Source: a virus
Lineage: Duplodnaviria; Caudoviricetes
Direction: 5' to 3' (one strand)
DNA: 28,283 bases
Virus record (IMG/VR): IMGVR_UViG_3300037313_000612
Span: 1-28,283 of that record
Shown here: positions 1 through 7,819 of the stretch, in pieces
Numbering within the stretch: position 1 is the first letter of the stretch
Layout: the number at the start of each line of letters is the position of its first letter
Position numbers and translations under genes: made by a program
The notes under the pieces: generated by a model
Seen by the model: only the letters and a program-made list of their open reading frames with translations
Database searches by the model: none
What the model was told of the DNA's origin: nothing

Positions 1-87
1 ACTTCCAGCGGCCCAGGTCGGCAGGCCAAAACGGACCTTGACTGTCGACGCTGTCAGTTGCGTTCGCTGCCTTCGTTGCTGCCGACG

Positions 88-408
88 TCACCCGCCTAGC
101 CAGCGGCGGCGTTCGCGTTCGATCGTTGCGTTGTCGCCTGTGCTGAGTTGGCCTGCGTCTTTGCCTGCGGCGTAGTTGCCGATGCATTCGTATCCGTCGA
201 CCTCGAGCCTGCGTCTGGTGCCGTGCTCGGCTCGGAGGTTGTCGGGGTCGAGGGCTAGGGCTGGGTGGGTACTGGCCGGGAGGATGTGGCCGGCCGTGTC
301 CGCTCCTTGCCGGCCGCATCGCCAGCAGATCCCACGATCCCGAGCGATGACCATGCGGGCTAGGGCTTGCCAGCGGCGGCCGGTACGTGGATCACCGGGG
401 GTGGTCAT
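88..408 (-). CDS. HNH endonuclease (terminase-associated, HK97 gp74-like)
   Basis: ATG at 408 overlaps the upstream stop (ATGA). W..L...VIARDRGICWRCG...AGHI.P...HP.LA.D.DNLRAEH...C.GN pattern. Genome-terminal position. Confidence 0.8.
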   Translation of the reverse strand: MTTPGDPRTGRRWQALARMVIARDRGICWRCGRQGADTAGHILPASTHPALALDPDNLRAEHGTRRRLEVDGYECIGNYAAGKDAGQLSTGDNATIERERRRWLGG

Positions 409-992
409 CCGCGGTGGTAGCAGGCAGTGCATTCGCTGCCGGGGTGGGCTGTGTGGAAGCAGGCTGGGCAGATAGGGGGGGTGCCTGTTGTGAGGGGGGT
501 AGGTCGTTGTGGGCATTCTGGGTGGCAGTGGGTGGTGGGGTGGGGTGTGTCGTGGGGTGGGTAGTGGGTGTCTTGTCCCCATGCGTGGCTGGGTGTGGTG
601 TGGGGCCATTCGGTGCCTTCGGGTCCGTCGTATCCGGGGGTGTGGGGTCGGTTGGTGCCCTCCTCGAGAGGACAGCCGACGAAGTGTGGGCGTACGTCGA
701 GGTCTGCTCCGCACTTGTCGCAGCTCATGACGTGTAGGGGTTCGCGGCAGTAGTCGGTGTGTGGGTGGCCGTTGTGGGTGTGGCAGCTCGGGCACTCGCG
801 GTGCGGCCCGTGGATTGGGCAGTTGGTCGTCTCGACTAGTTCGCCGTACTGCCCGGGCCCACGAGCGCATCGGCAGCGGTCGCCGTGCTCGGGGCAGGCG
901 GGGCATGACGGCTGTGGTCCGCGGTCGAGATCGGCCCTGGTCTGGTACGTCGGGCAGCAGCAGCGAGGGGGGTGGTTGTGTGTCGCGGTCAT
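405..992 (-). CDS. Cys/His-rich multi-zinc-finger hypothetical protein
   Basis: GAGGAG SD upstream of the ATG. Repeated CxC...CPxHG, CPxC...H and CxxC...H...C motifs. Stop coupled to the HNH start. Confidence 0.65.
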   Translation of the reverse strand: MTATHNHPPRCCCPTYQTRADLDRGPQPSCPACPEHGDRCRCARGPGQYGELVETTNCPIHGPHRECPSCHTHNGHPHTDYCREPLHVMSCDKCGADLDVRPHFVGCPLEEGTNRPHTPGYDGPEGTEWPHTTPSHAWGQDTHYPPHDTPHPTTHCHPECPQRPTPLTTGTPPICPACFHTAHPGSECTACYHRG

Positions 993-1007
993 CGAATCTC
1001 CTCTGGG

Positions 1008-1016
1008 TTATCCACA
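1008..1016 (+). promoter_or_regulatory. Perfect DnaA box TTATCCACA
   Basis: Exact consensus 9-mer in non-coding DNA about 95 bp from the iteron array. Confidence 0.7.
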
Positions 1017-1111
1017 GGCTGTGGGTGCCTACCTGTGGTTGGGGTCGGCGGGTCGTGATGTGTCCTCGTCTAAGTCCTTACTCCTCCTCTTTGTTCCTAG
1101 GGGTCCACGAT

Positions 1112-1191
1112 TCGTGGTACCTATAGACCCCAATTCGTGGTACCTGCGGTCCACAAATCGTGGTACCTAAGTGGCCCAATTCGTGGTACCT
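1112..1191. repeat. Four direct repeats TCGTGGTACCT at 23-bp period (iterons, putative replication origin)
   Basis: Copies start at 1112, 1135, 1158 and 1181. Flanks repeat with a 46-bp super-period (GGTCCAC at 1102/1148; CCCAATTCGTGGTACCT at 1129/1175). Directly downstream of a wHTH gene. Confidence 0.85.
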
Positions 1192-1531
1192 AACTCGGGG
1201 TCAATTTCCACGTCTGTTGGTGACCTCGACGGGCCGTCTCCTGGGGTTTGATCGCCCCGGCTGTGACCAGTGCGGAGGTCACTTCGGACACTTCGCGGCA
1301 GAGTCGGCGACGTCGCCGTTTGGCTTCGTCGCGGGGGTCGTCTTCGTCGGGTACGTCGCGGGCGAGGGCGAGCGACAGGGCTTCCCATCCGCCGAAGTAG
1401 ACCCGGGCGGGTTGTCCTTTGCCGTTGGGTGAGTCCAGCGCTGTGAGGGCCATGCGCATCAGGATCTTGAACTGTCGCTCCGGTAGGTGTGCCCAGGACA
1501 CGGATACGACGTTGGCTAGTTGGATGCCCAT
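1190..1531 (-). CDS. Winged-helix DNA-binding protein, putative replication initiator
   Basis: Likely start ATG 1531 (MGIQLA...). FKILMRMALTALD...YFGGWEALSLAL...VSEVTSALVTAGAI...Q.W.L is wHTH-like. Adjacent to iterons and a DnaA box. Confidence 0.6.
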   Translation of the reverse strand: MGIQLANVVSVSWAHLPERQFKILMRMALTALDSPNGKGQPARVYFGGWEALSLALARDVPDEDDPRDEAKRRRRRLCREVSEVTSALVTAGAIKPQETARRGHQQTWKLTPS

Positions 1532-1639
1532 CAGCCGCGCCCCAGTCGGGGCCGATCGGGTACTCTCATCCCGCGATTTCCTTCCTTGTGAGGGAACTTG
1601 TGGGAGCCCTCTACTGTCGCGGTTGGGTGGTCTCTGGGT

Positions 1640-1678
1640 GATCGGCCCGCACCTCCTCATACGGGGTGTGGGCCGATC
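1640..1678. promoter_or_regulatory. Stem-loop in the leader of the putative initiator gene
   Basis: GATCGGCCC (1640-1648) pairs with GGGCCGATC (1670-1678), and the stem extends inward with two imperfect pairs. Confidence 0.5.
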
Positions 1679-1714
1679 GGCTTGTGGGGAGTGTAGGCGG
1701 GTTGCCTGCGGCAT

Positions 1715-2206
1715 CTAGTCGCCGTGCCGCTCCTGTTCGTCGAGGGTGTATGACCAGGGCGGGAGCGGGTCGACGAGGACGTCATGGTCGCCGTGTCGCT
1801 CGACGCGGACGAGTTTGTTGCCGTCGCCGTGGTGTGGGCAGCCCGGGTTGATCCTGAAACAGCGGGTTAGCGCGGTCGCGCGACGGATGCCTGGGGGCTT
1901 CCACAGGACGTATGGGCCGGGGCCGTCTCGGACTTCGTACAGCCCGTACCGGCATGAGCAGGGCGGGGTGGGGAGTGGGCCGACCACGACCACGGGCGAA
2001 ACCTGCCAGCGGTGGACTGGGCAGTGTGTGCGGACGCGGGCGAACATCGTGCCTGTGTCGACGAGCTCGCAGCGGCACGATTCCGCGCCTGTGGTGAGTT
2101 GCGGTAGCCGGTATCCCTGGGTGATCTCGGCTGTCGCGAGCATGATCAGCAGCCCGCGCGCCTGGGCTTCGGATAGCGGCCCGGGGGTGATCCGTGGGTG
2201 GTTCAT
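1715..2206 (-). CDS. Hypothetical protein with two CxC...CPxH zinc-binding motifs
   Basis: ATG 2206 overlaps the RusA stop (ATGA). Motifs CRC...HCPVH and CSC...GCPHHG. Confidence 0.65.
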   Translation of the reverse strand: MNHPRITPGPLSEAQARGLLIMLATAEITQGYRLPQLTTGAESCRCELVDTGTMFARVRTHCPVHRWQVSPVVVVGPLPTPPCSCRYGLYEVRDGPGPYVLWKPPGIRRATALTRCFRINPGCPHHGDGNKLVRVERHGDHDVLVDPLPPWSYTLDEQERHGD

Positions 2207-2742
2207 CGCGGTTGGTCCTTCGGGTAGATGCGTACGACGACGCCTGGGACGGGGAGCGCGTCGTCGAGGTCGGGCCGCGCCTCGAGGGTCGTCTCGGCCC
2301 GGGTGGTCGCCCACCGCTTCCGTATCCAAGCGTCGACGATCTGGGCGTCGTCGCCGAGCCGGCCCGACTTCGTGAGGGCGTCGAACACGGCCCGGGTGAG
2401 TTTGTCGAGGTCGGGGGGGCTGGTCGGGTACGCCGGCGCGGACGGTTTGAGCCGGTCGGCGTTGCGGCCGGTTCCCCAATGGGATTTGGGGCGGGCGAGT
2501 GACCATGTGATCCCGACGTCGAGGGGTTCGCCTGGGTTGGCGGTCTGGTCGACGTACCGCTCGACGGCTTTCATGACTCGGCCGCGCCAGTCCTCGAGGG
2601 CGTCTGCGTCTTTGTGAACGAGGATGTGCCGGCCACCCTTGCCGTAACAGACGAGATCGCCTTGTTTGGCAGGGGTGGCGAGCACCATAAACGCATGGGG
2701 TCGGGTCAGCATCAGGGAAGCGTCAGGAGGCCTGACGATCAC
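2203..2742 (-). CDS. rusA: RusA-family Holliday junction resolvase
   Basis: P.KQG at the N-terminus, WR..V, RPKSH, PDLDKL.RAVFDALT......DDAQIV....K. Confidence 0.9.
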   Translation of the reverse strand: MIVRPPDASLMLTRPHAFMVLATPAKQGDLVCYGKGGRHILVHKDADALEDWRGRVMKAVERYVDQTANPGEPLDVGITWSLARPKSHWGTGRNADRLKPSAPAYPTSPPDLDKLTRAVFDALTKSGRLGDDAQIVDAWIRKRWATTRAETTLEARPDLDDALPVPGVVVRIYPKDQPR

Positions 2743-3517
2743 CGGTTGGGCTGGTCGTCGGCGACGGCGGGGTGTATGCCGTGCCGCTGTTCGCGACTAC
2801 CCAACGCTGTTTGATGACCTGCCCGACGATCGCGCCCCAGAACGCGCACCCGTCGCCGTGCCCAGTCCCGGCCGACGCCCACGGGTGTACCCCGTCTTGT
2901 AGGTAGTAGCCGATCCCGGGGCGGCCCGTGCGGGTCGTCGCGGCGACCTGCTCAGCCCACGGGACGACCTGGGCTGCCGGCAGCGCCGAATAGATCTGCG
3001 CGTTGATCCATCCGCTGTTCCGTTGGTCGGCGAGCTGTACCGCGGCGGACTGTGACGTCCGCGCGGCCTGCACGTCGACCCACACCAGCCCAGTCGGGTC
3101 GAGCATGAGTTGGATCGCCTTCTGCGCCTCAGTAGCCATGACGGGCGGGTTGAAGATGTCGTTCGTTCCGAGCGCGATCACGGTCAGCGGTGGCCGGGTC
3201 TGTTGCGCGCCCAGCCAGTTGAGCCCGTCGTCTGTGGGGCGGCCGGCGCGGTAGTTCACGGCGAGTGTTGGGCCGCTGTTCGCGGTGAGCCAGTCGCGGA
3301 GGTCGGGCCAGCAGCGCGCGGTGATTGAGTCGCCGACGATGAGCGCCTGGGCCTGGTCGAGCGGTACGCCTGTGGTGATGACGGGTTGGTCCTCCCATCC
3401 GCCGATGTCTCCCGAGCCGTAGTCGGCGTTGGCGGGTGCGGCGAGTAGGGCTGTGGTGATGAGGGCGACGACGGCGAGCAGGGTGATCCCTCGGACTCGC
3501 CGCTGGTATCGGTGCAT
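2723..3517 (-). CDS. Secreted SGNH/GDSL-family esterase or acetyltransferase-like domain protein
   Basis: Signal peptide ending APANA. Block I IVGDSIT, block II G(R), block III LGTND, block V DGVHP. AGGAG SD. Confidence 0.8.
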   Translation of the reverse strand: MHRYQRRVRGITLLAVVALITTALLAAPANADYGSGDIGGWEDQPVITTGVPLDQAQALIVGDSITARCWPDLRDWLTANSGPTLAVNYRAGRPTDDGLNWLGAQQTRPPLTVIALGTNDIFNPPVMATEAQKAIQLMLDPTGLVWVDVQAARTSQSAAVQLADQRNSGWINAQIYSALPAAQVVPWAEQVAATTRTGRPGIGYYLQDGVHPWASAGTGHGDGCAFWGAIVGQVIKQRWVVANSGTAYTPPSPTTSPTGDRQAS

Positions 3518-3548
3518 TGTGTGGTCTCCTGGGTGATGGTTGGTGTTA

Positions 3549-3589
3549 GGCGGGTCGCCGTGTTTCCCCCCGTGTCGCGGCGACCCGCC
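3549..3589. other. Intergenic 12-bp perfect inverted repeat (RNA stem-loop)
   Basis: GGCGGGTCGCCG (3549-3560) and CGGCGACCCGCC (3578-3589) with a 17-nt loop and no U-tract. Confidence 0.6.
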
Positions 3590-3613
3590 GCTGTGTCTAC
3601 TGCGGGTTGGGGG

Positions 3614-3940
3614 TCAGTCGACCGGGCCGTCTGTGTCGAACGCGAGCCGGTCGATCGGCAGCGGAGTCTTCCCGGTCCGCTCTTCGTACAGCCTGAGCGC
3701 CATGTCTCGGAGCTCCTGCGGCGCGTTGTTCGCGTCGCCGACCGGCTCGATACGGCGCCACCGGACGACCGGGACCCGCGCGCCCGTGTCGGTCACGTCG
3801 CGGACCTCGGACACGTCGACCCAGGCGAGGACCAGCCGCAGTTTCTCGGGGTGCTCGACGAGCTCGGCGGCGATGTGGTCGAGCCCGTTTATGTCGTCGT
3901 TCCCGGGGAGGGCTGACGACAGTCTCACGCTTGCTGACAC
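3614..3940 (-). CDS. Hypothetical phage protein
   Basis: GTG 3940 preceded by GAAAGG SD (MSASVRLSSALP...). Globular composition. Confidence 0.7.
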   Translation of the reverse strand: MSASVRLSSALPGNDDINGLDHIAAELVEHPEKLRLVLAWVDVSEVRDVTDTGARVPVVRWRRIEPVGDANNAPQELRDMALRLYEERTGKTPLPIDRLAFDTDGPVD

Positions 3941-3966
3941 GTTGTGCCTTTCGGTTGGTTGGTTGC

Positions 3967-4275
3967 TCAGAACAACGGGTGTTGTTCCGTGGGTGGGGTC
4001 GCGAATTCGCACACCTCTGCGTGGAGTCGCATGGCGACGAACCCTGGGCGTAGTGGCCGGAAGCCGGTGAGCCGGTAGCCGTGCAGTTTCGTCCCGATCA
4101 TGCGGGCCGCGATCGTCCCCCGTGGGTTTTCTGCCCGGACGACCGCGACCCGCTCACCCCCGTCCGCGTGCTCGACGTCGAGGGTGACGTATTCGACGGG
4201 TGCCGCGCATTCGCTGCACTCTGCGCCTGACCATGGCGGCAGGATGGGCCGCCGCGTCGGGGGTGTGCCTCTCAT
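3967..4275 (-). CDS. Small zinc-binding hypothetical protein
   Basis: CSEC near the N-terminus and HAEVC near the C-terminus. ATGA-coupled to the upstream gene. Confidence 0.7.
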   Translation of the reverse strand: MRGTPPTRRPILPPWSGAECSECAAPVEYVTLDVEHADGGERVAVVRAENPRGTIAARMIGTKLHGYRLTGFRPLRPGFVAMRLHAEVCEFATPPTEQHPLF

Positions 4276-4469
4276 GCGACGAGCAGGACAACGACCGCAG
4301 CCAGCATGGCGTTGCCGATCCCGAGCACGAGGCAGGTAATGACGAGCCCTTCGATCCGGTCGAGCCGTTCCCGCACCGTGCCGCGTTCGGGATAGATCAG
4401 CCCTCCGCGAGACTCGAGCAGGTATGGCCGGCCGCGGAGGACCGGGCCGCCGCGGCGAAGCCGGATCAT
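4272..4469 (-). CDS. Small membrane protein
   Basis: ATG 4469 overlaps the RecT-like stop. C-terminal hydrophobic helix LVITCLVLGIGNAMLAAVVVLLVA. Confidence 0.6.
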   Translation of the reverse strand: MIRLRRGGPVLRGRPYLLESRGGLIYPERGTVRERLDRIEGLVITCLVLGIGNAMLAAVVVLLVA

Positions 4470-5677
4470 GCCTCCTCCTCGGCCGCCGCGTCCTGGGTGA
4501 TCTGGACCATGAGGGCGATCACGTCGTCGCGGGACCGGCACGGCGCGAGGACGCGAAGGATCTCGTTCGCTTCGTCGTAGGTGAGGTGTTCGGGGGTGTC
4601 GCCGGCGCGGAAGCTGTCGACGGCGTGGCCCACGATCGCGGCGGCGATGTTCAGCCGGGATTCGCGGTCGTCGGGTTCGTCGGTCCAGCCGAGCCCTTTG
4701 AATCGGGCCTGTAGGGCTTTGGTTTGCGCGGAGTGCATGGGCTTCGGCTTGGTGTCGACCGGGCCGTCCTCGGCGACCTGGGCGGCGACGTCCTCGGCTG
4801 CCTCCCAGATCTCGCCGGGGTCGGGTTCGGCCGGTGTGACGTCTTCCGGTACGTCGCGCCCCTCCCCAGGGGTGGACCCGGCCGAACCCACACCAGCAGT
4901 GTCGCTCACAGGCGCGGCCGGGGGCGGCGGTGGCGCGATATCCGCCGAACGTGGCGGCGACCCAACCGGCCCAACCGGCACCACAGGATCAAGCTGTGCA
5001 GAACCAGCCAGGGAAGCGCCCGACCGGGCCGCCTGCGCAGATCCTCTCGGCTTCCGAGCAACACGGGTAGTCGCCGTCTCACCAGACGACGCGCCCGCGT
5101 CGACCTCGCCGAACAGTTCGCCGTCTTCGACCTCCTCCGTCGCCCGCATCCCATGCGTCACGTCAGGGAAGATCAGCCGGCACAACTCGGCCGTCGCCCG
5201 AGCCGTCAACATCTGACGCGGGTAGCTCTTCCACACGGCTTTGTTCGAGATCCCGGCCCGCTGGGCGTCGGCGAGAGTCCAGACGATGATCGTCCACGCC
5301 GTCTCGCCCTTGCGCCGACCCTTGACCTCGACCTTGCTCGACGACACCTCGCCGTACCCGATCTCGTGCCCAGCGGCCAACACCTGCGCCCGCATCGTCT
5401 CCGCGGCCAGCGTCGGTTTCCCCTCGACCATGTGAATGTTCGACAGGGCGTGCATCGGCGGCATGTCCAGTTCACGGCCGAACAGGACGGCAGCGGTCAC
5501 AGCGGCCGGGTTGTTCCGCAGCGCCCGCGGAACAAAGTCGGTGTTCGCGACCTGGGCGGCGAGCTCGGCGACCGGCTGCAGGACGGCGATCCAAGCGTCG
5601 GTGCGTTCGTTGCGGATCGATAGGGATTGCTCGAGCGGGTCGGGGTCGCGTCGGGCGATCTCGTTACTAGGCGGCAT
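4466..5677 (-). CDS. RecT-like single-strand annealing protein with long Pro/Ala linker and C-terminal helical domain
   Basis: Start ATG 5677. FVP..LR..PA...AAVL.G.EL...PM.AL..IH..EGKP.L.A..M and W..YPRQML.ARA..ELCR..FPDV..G motifs. Directly follows an exonuclease gene. Confidence 0.8.
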   Translation of the reverse strand: MPPSNEIARRDPDPLEQSLSIRNERTDAWIAVLQPVAELAAQVANTDFVPRALRNNPAAVTAAVLFGRELDMPPMHALSNIHMVEGKPTLAAETMRAQVLAAGHEIGYGEVSSSKVEVKGRRKGETAWTIIVWTLADAQRAGISNKAVWKSYPRQMLTARATAELCRLIFPDVTHGMRATEEVEDGELFGEVDAGASSGETATTRVARKPRGSAQAARSGASLAGSAQLDPVVPVGPVGSPPRSADIAPPPPPAAPVSDTAGVGSAGSTPGEGRDVPEDVTPAEPDPGEIWEAAEDVAAQVAEDGPVDTKPKPMHSAQTKALQARFKGLGWTDEPDDRESRLNIAAAIVGHAVDSFRAGDTPEHLTYDEANEILRVLAPCRSRDDVIALMVQITQDAAAEEEA

Positions 5678-6476
5678 CTTCTTCAGTCTCCGGGGGGTCA
5701 ATGGGTGCGTGGATACGGGGGTTGTCGGCGACCGCGGCATCGTCGCGGGCCATGGCGAGGGCGTACAGGAATTGACGGAATGCTTCCGCGTCGATCTCTG
5801 CCGGCAGCATGTCGACGGAATCGGCCTTGATGTGGGCGACGTACGCCGCTTCGACGGGAGGCGCGGCCTGCTCGGACTGCGGCCCGTCAGGCTGCCACAG
5901 GTCACACATCGCATAACCGGCGAGTTGTAACGCCGTCTCGCTGTAAACGCCCTTGCCTGTCTTCAGATCGACGAGACAGTAAGCGCCACCGAGCCGGCCG
6001 ACCCGGGCGAACAGGTCACCCGTACCGCCGTACCGATATTCGGTATTCGCGAGCGGGACCTCAGCGGCGACGGGTTCGATCTCCCACAGGTCGCAGAACC
6101 TCGCGTAGGCCTCGACCGGGCCGCGATTCTCGTCGGACACGTCGACCGGCTTCCCGTGGACGAGCCGCTGACCCAGTTCGTGGATCTGGTTACCGCGCAA
6201 CGCAGCAGCGGTCTTGGTGTTGAACTGGACCCCGCGCAGGACGTCGAGCCGCTCCGAGGGCGGCATCTGGGCGAGCTCGGCCCAGTGATCGATCGCGTAC
6301 TCGGCGGTGACCCGGCCGGCCCAGCCGGTAAGCGCCGGCTTCGCCTTCGCGTTAAGGGCTGTGGTCACGCCCATGATCTTGTGGGGGTCGGTCTTGCTGT
6401 AGCGGCCTGGGCAGTCGCAGTCGAGGGTGTAGGCGTGCCCGTTGCGGCCGAACTTGTGCAGCTTCAGCCGCGGCAT
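5667..6476 (-). CDS. PD-(D/E)XK exonuclease (RecE/Cas4-like recombination nuclease)
   Basis: GVTT.L....KPAL..WA, RG..IH, E, YGGTGDL, LVDLKTG.GVY.E.ALQLAGY. Confidence 0.85.
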   Translation of the reverse strand: MPRLKLHKFGRNGHAYTLDCDCPGRYSKTDPHKIMGVTTALNAKAKPALTGWAGRVTAEYAIDHWAELAQMPPSERLDVLRGVQFNTKTAAALRGNQIHELGQRLVHGKPVDVSDENRGPVEAYARFCDLWEIEPVAAEVPLANTEYRYGGTGDLFARVGRLGGAYCLVDLKTGKGVYSETALQLAGYAMCDLWQPDGPQSEQAAPPVEAAYVAHIKADSVDMLPAEIDAEAFRQFLYALAMARDDAAVADNPRIHAPIDPPETEEDAA

Positions 6477-6749
6477 TCAGTTCTCCTCGGGGGTGTGGTG
6501 ATGGACGGCGCGGCGGAGCGCCTCGAGGGCGTCCGTGGACGCCTGCCCGTGCGGCGACAGCGCGAGTTGCCCGAGCGCTTCGGCGAGGTCCCGCAGCGCA
6601 CGCGAGCCACGCGCAGCGAGATTCGACACCAGCGCTTCCACCTCGCGGTACGACGGCCCGCCGATGACATGCCCGGGCTGCCACAGCATGACCGGCATGA
6701 CCGGCAACTCGTGCTCAGGCGAACCGGGAAGGGTTGCTGAACCGCTCAC
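6477..6749 (-). CDS. Hypothetical protein
   Basis: Fills the gap between neighbours and ends 1 nt before the nuclease start, with GAGGAG in its 3' end. Start uncertain. Confidence 0.5.
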   Translation of the reverse strand: MSGSATLPGSPEHELPVMPVMLWQPGHVIGGPSYREVEALVSNLAARGSRALRDLAEALGQLALSPHGQASTDALEALRRAVHHHTPEEN

Positions 6750-7260
6750 GAGTCACCCCCCGAACCCAGGCGTCCTTATCCGCTTGGATCTGGGCGAGCT
6801 TGTCGTCAACCATCTGGGCCGCGCGCTGGTCGATCTCGGCGAGCCGCTCGGCGACCCGCCGACTGATGATGTCCTCGAGCCGGTCGGCGAGCGTCGTCGA
6901 CGTCTCCGGGTCGAGCTGGTCGACGAGCTTCGTCGCCAGGTACTTGCGGCCCAGCAGGACCGACAGCCGGATCTGTGTGGCCCACGCTTTCCCGTCGTCT
7001 TTCAGCAGGTCGCGGAAGTCGACTTCGGGGGCGTCGGCGGGGTCGGCGTACCGTGCGCGTAGTTCGGCGTACGACGGCAGCGGGCGACCGTGGATGGTCT
7101 CGTACAGCCCAGGGGCGGGATCGCGGACGACGGGGATCTCATCCGCCCCTGGGTGTTGCTCCTCTGTGTTGGTTGGTGTCGGCGGCCAGGGCGGGGCCGT
7201 CGTCAAGTCGAAGCCCTCACGTAGTTCGCCCCCAGGTCGTAACCACTTCGGCATCTTCAC
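6715..7260 (-). CDS. Hypothetical protein with coiled-coil C-terminus
   Basis: AGGAGG SD before the GTG. Heptad-like helical C-terminal half. Confidence 0.7.
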   Translation of the reverse strand: MKMPKWLRPGGELREGFDLTTAPPWPPTPTNTEEQHPGADEIPVVRDPAPGLYETIHGRPLPSYAELRARYADPADAPEVDFRDLLKDDGKAWATQIRLSVLLGRKYLATKLVDQLDPETSTTLADRLEDIISRRVAERLAEIDQRAAQMVDDKLAQIQADKDAWVRGVTRERFSNPSRFA

Positions 7261-7300
7261 TTCGGGTGATCCTCCTATGTGCGGTTGTGTGTGTCTCGGT

Positions 7301-7819
7301 TCATCGTGCAGCAGCAGACCGACAGGCCTCCTTCGCGGCGAGCCACTTCGGCGCGAGCCGGTTGACGCGAGCGGTTGTCTTCGTCAGCGTGTCAACGTCG
7401 AACTCGCCCGCGGCGGTGATCGCGGTCGCGGCGAGATCGAACCCGGTCTCTGCGTAGGTGAGCGCCTCGAGGCAAGCCTGTGGGACGGTCGCGACCTTGA
7501 CGGTTGTCGTCGTGGTGACGGTCGGGGCGGGTTTCGCCGGAAGCGTGAGCGTGATGGTCGGGGCGGGGGCCGGGGTCGCGGTCACTGTGACGGTCGGCGC
7601 TGCCGCTACCGGCTTCGTCGAGGTCGCGGCCGGGTCGCCGATCGTCGCACCGATCCCGATGAGCAGCAGCCCACCGACTACTGCGGCGGGGGCGACGAGC
7701 CACCTACGGCGCTTCGGGTTCGGGGGCTGGGGCTGGGGCGGTACTCGGTACGGCCCGGGCTGGTCGCTGCCGTAGCTGTAGGGACCGGACTTGTACTGGT
7801 CGTGCAGTTCGTTGCCCAT
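7301..7819 (-). CDS. Membrane-anchored Pro/Thr-rich protein
   Basis: PKRRRW followed by a TM helix, then (T/V)TVT-PAP repeats and a C-terminal Cys pair. GAAAGG SD. Confidence 0.75.
   Translation of the reverse strand: MGNELHDQYKSGPYSYGSDQPGPYRVPPQPQPPNPKRRRWLVAPAAVVGGLLLIGIGATIGDPAATSTKPVAAAPTVTVTATPAPAPTITLTLPAKPAPTVTTTTTVKVATVPQACLEALTYAETGFDLAATAITAAGEFDVDTLTKTTARVNRLAPKWLAAKEACRSAAAR

Noticed and set aside
470-660. G/T-rich tract as a G-quadruplex or telomere-like repeat
   Set aside because: Explained by His/Pro/Thr codons (CAC, CCC, ACC) on the coding minus strand, with no regular repeat unit.
409-906. N-terminal extension of the 272-aa ORF 88..906
   Set aside because: It is a Pro/Arg/His-rich shadow frame of the Cys-rich gene. 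The HNH domain begins at the ATGA-coupled ATG 408.
1112-1191. Mini-CRISPR array
   Set aside because: Repeats are 11 bp with 12-bp spacers that themselves recur, and there are no cas genes. Iterons fit better.
5667-6476. Cas4 as part of a CRISPR system
   Set aside because: No four-Cys Fe-S cluster pattern is evident, and the gene is paired with a RecT-like gene, so it is a phage recombination nuclease.
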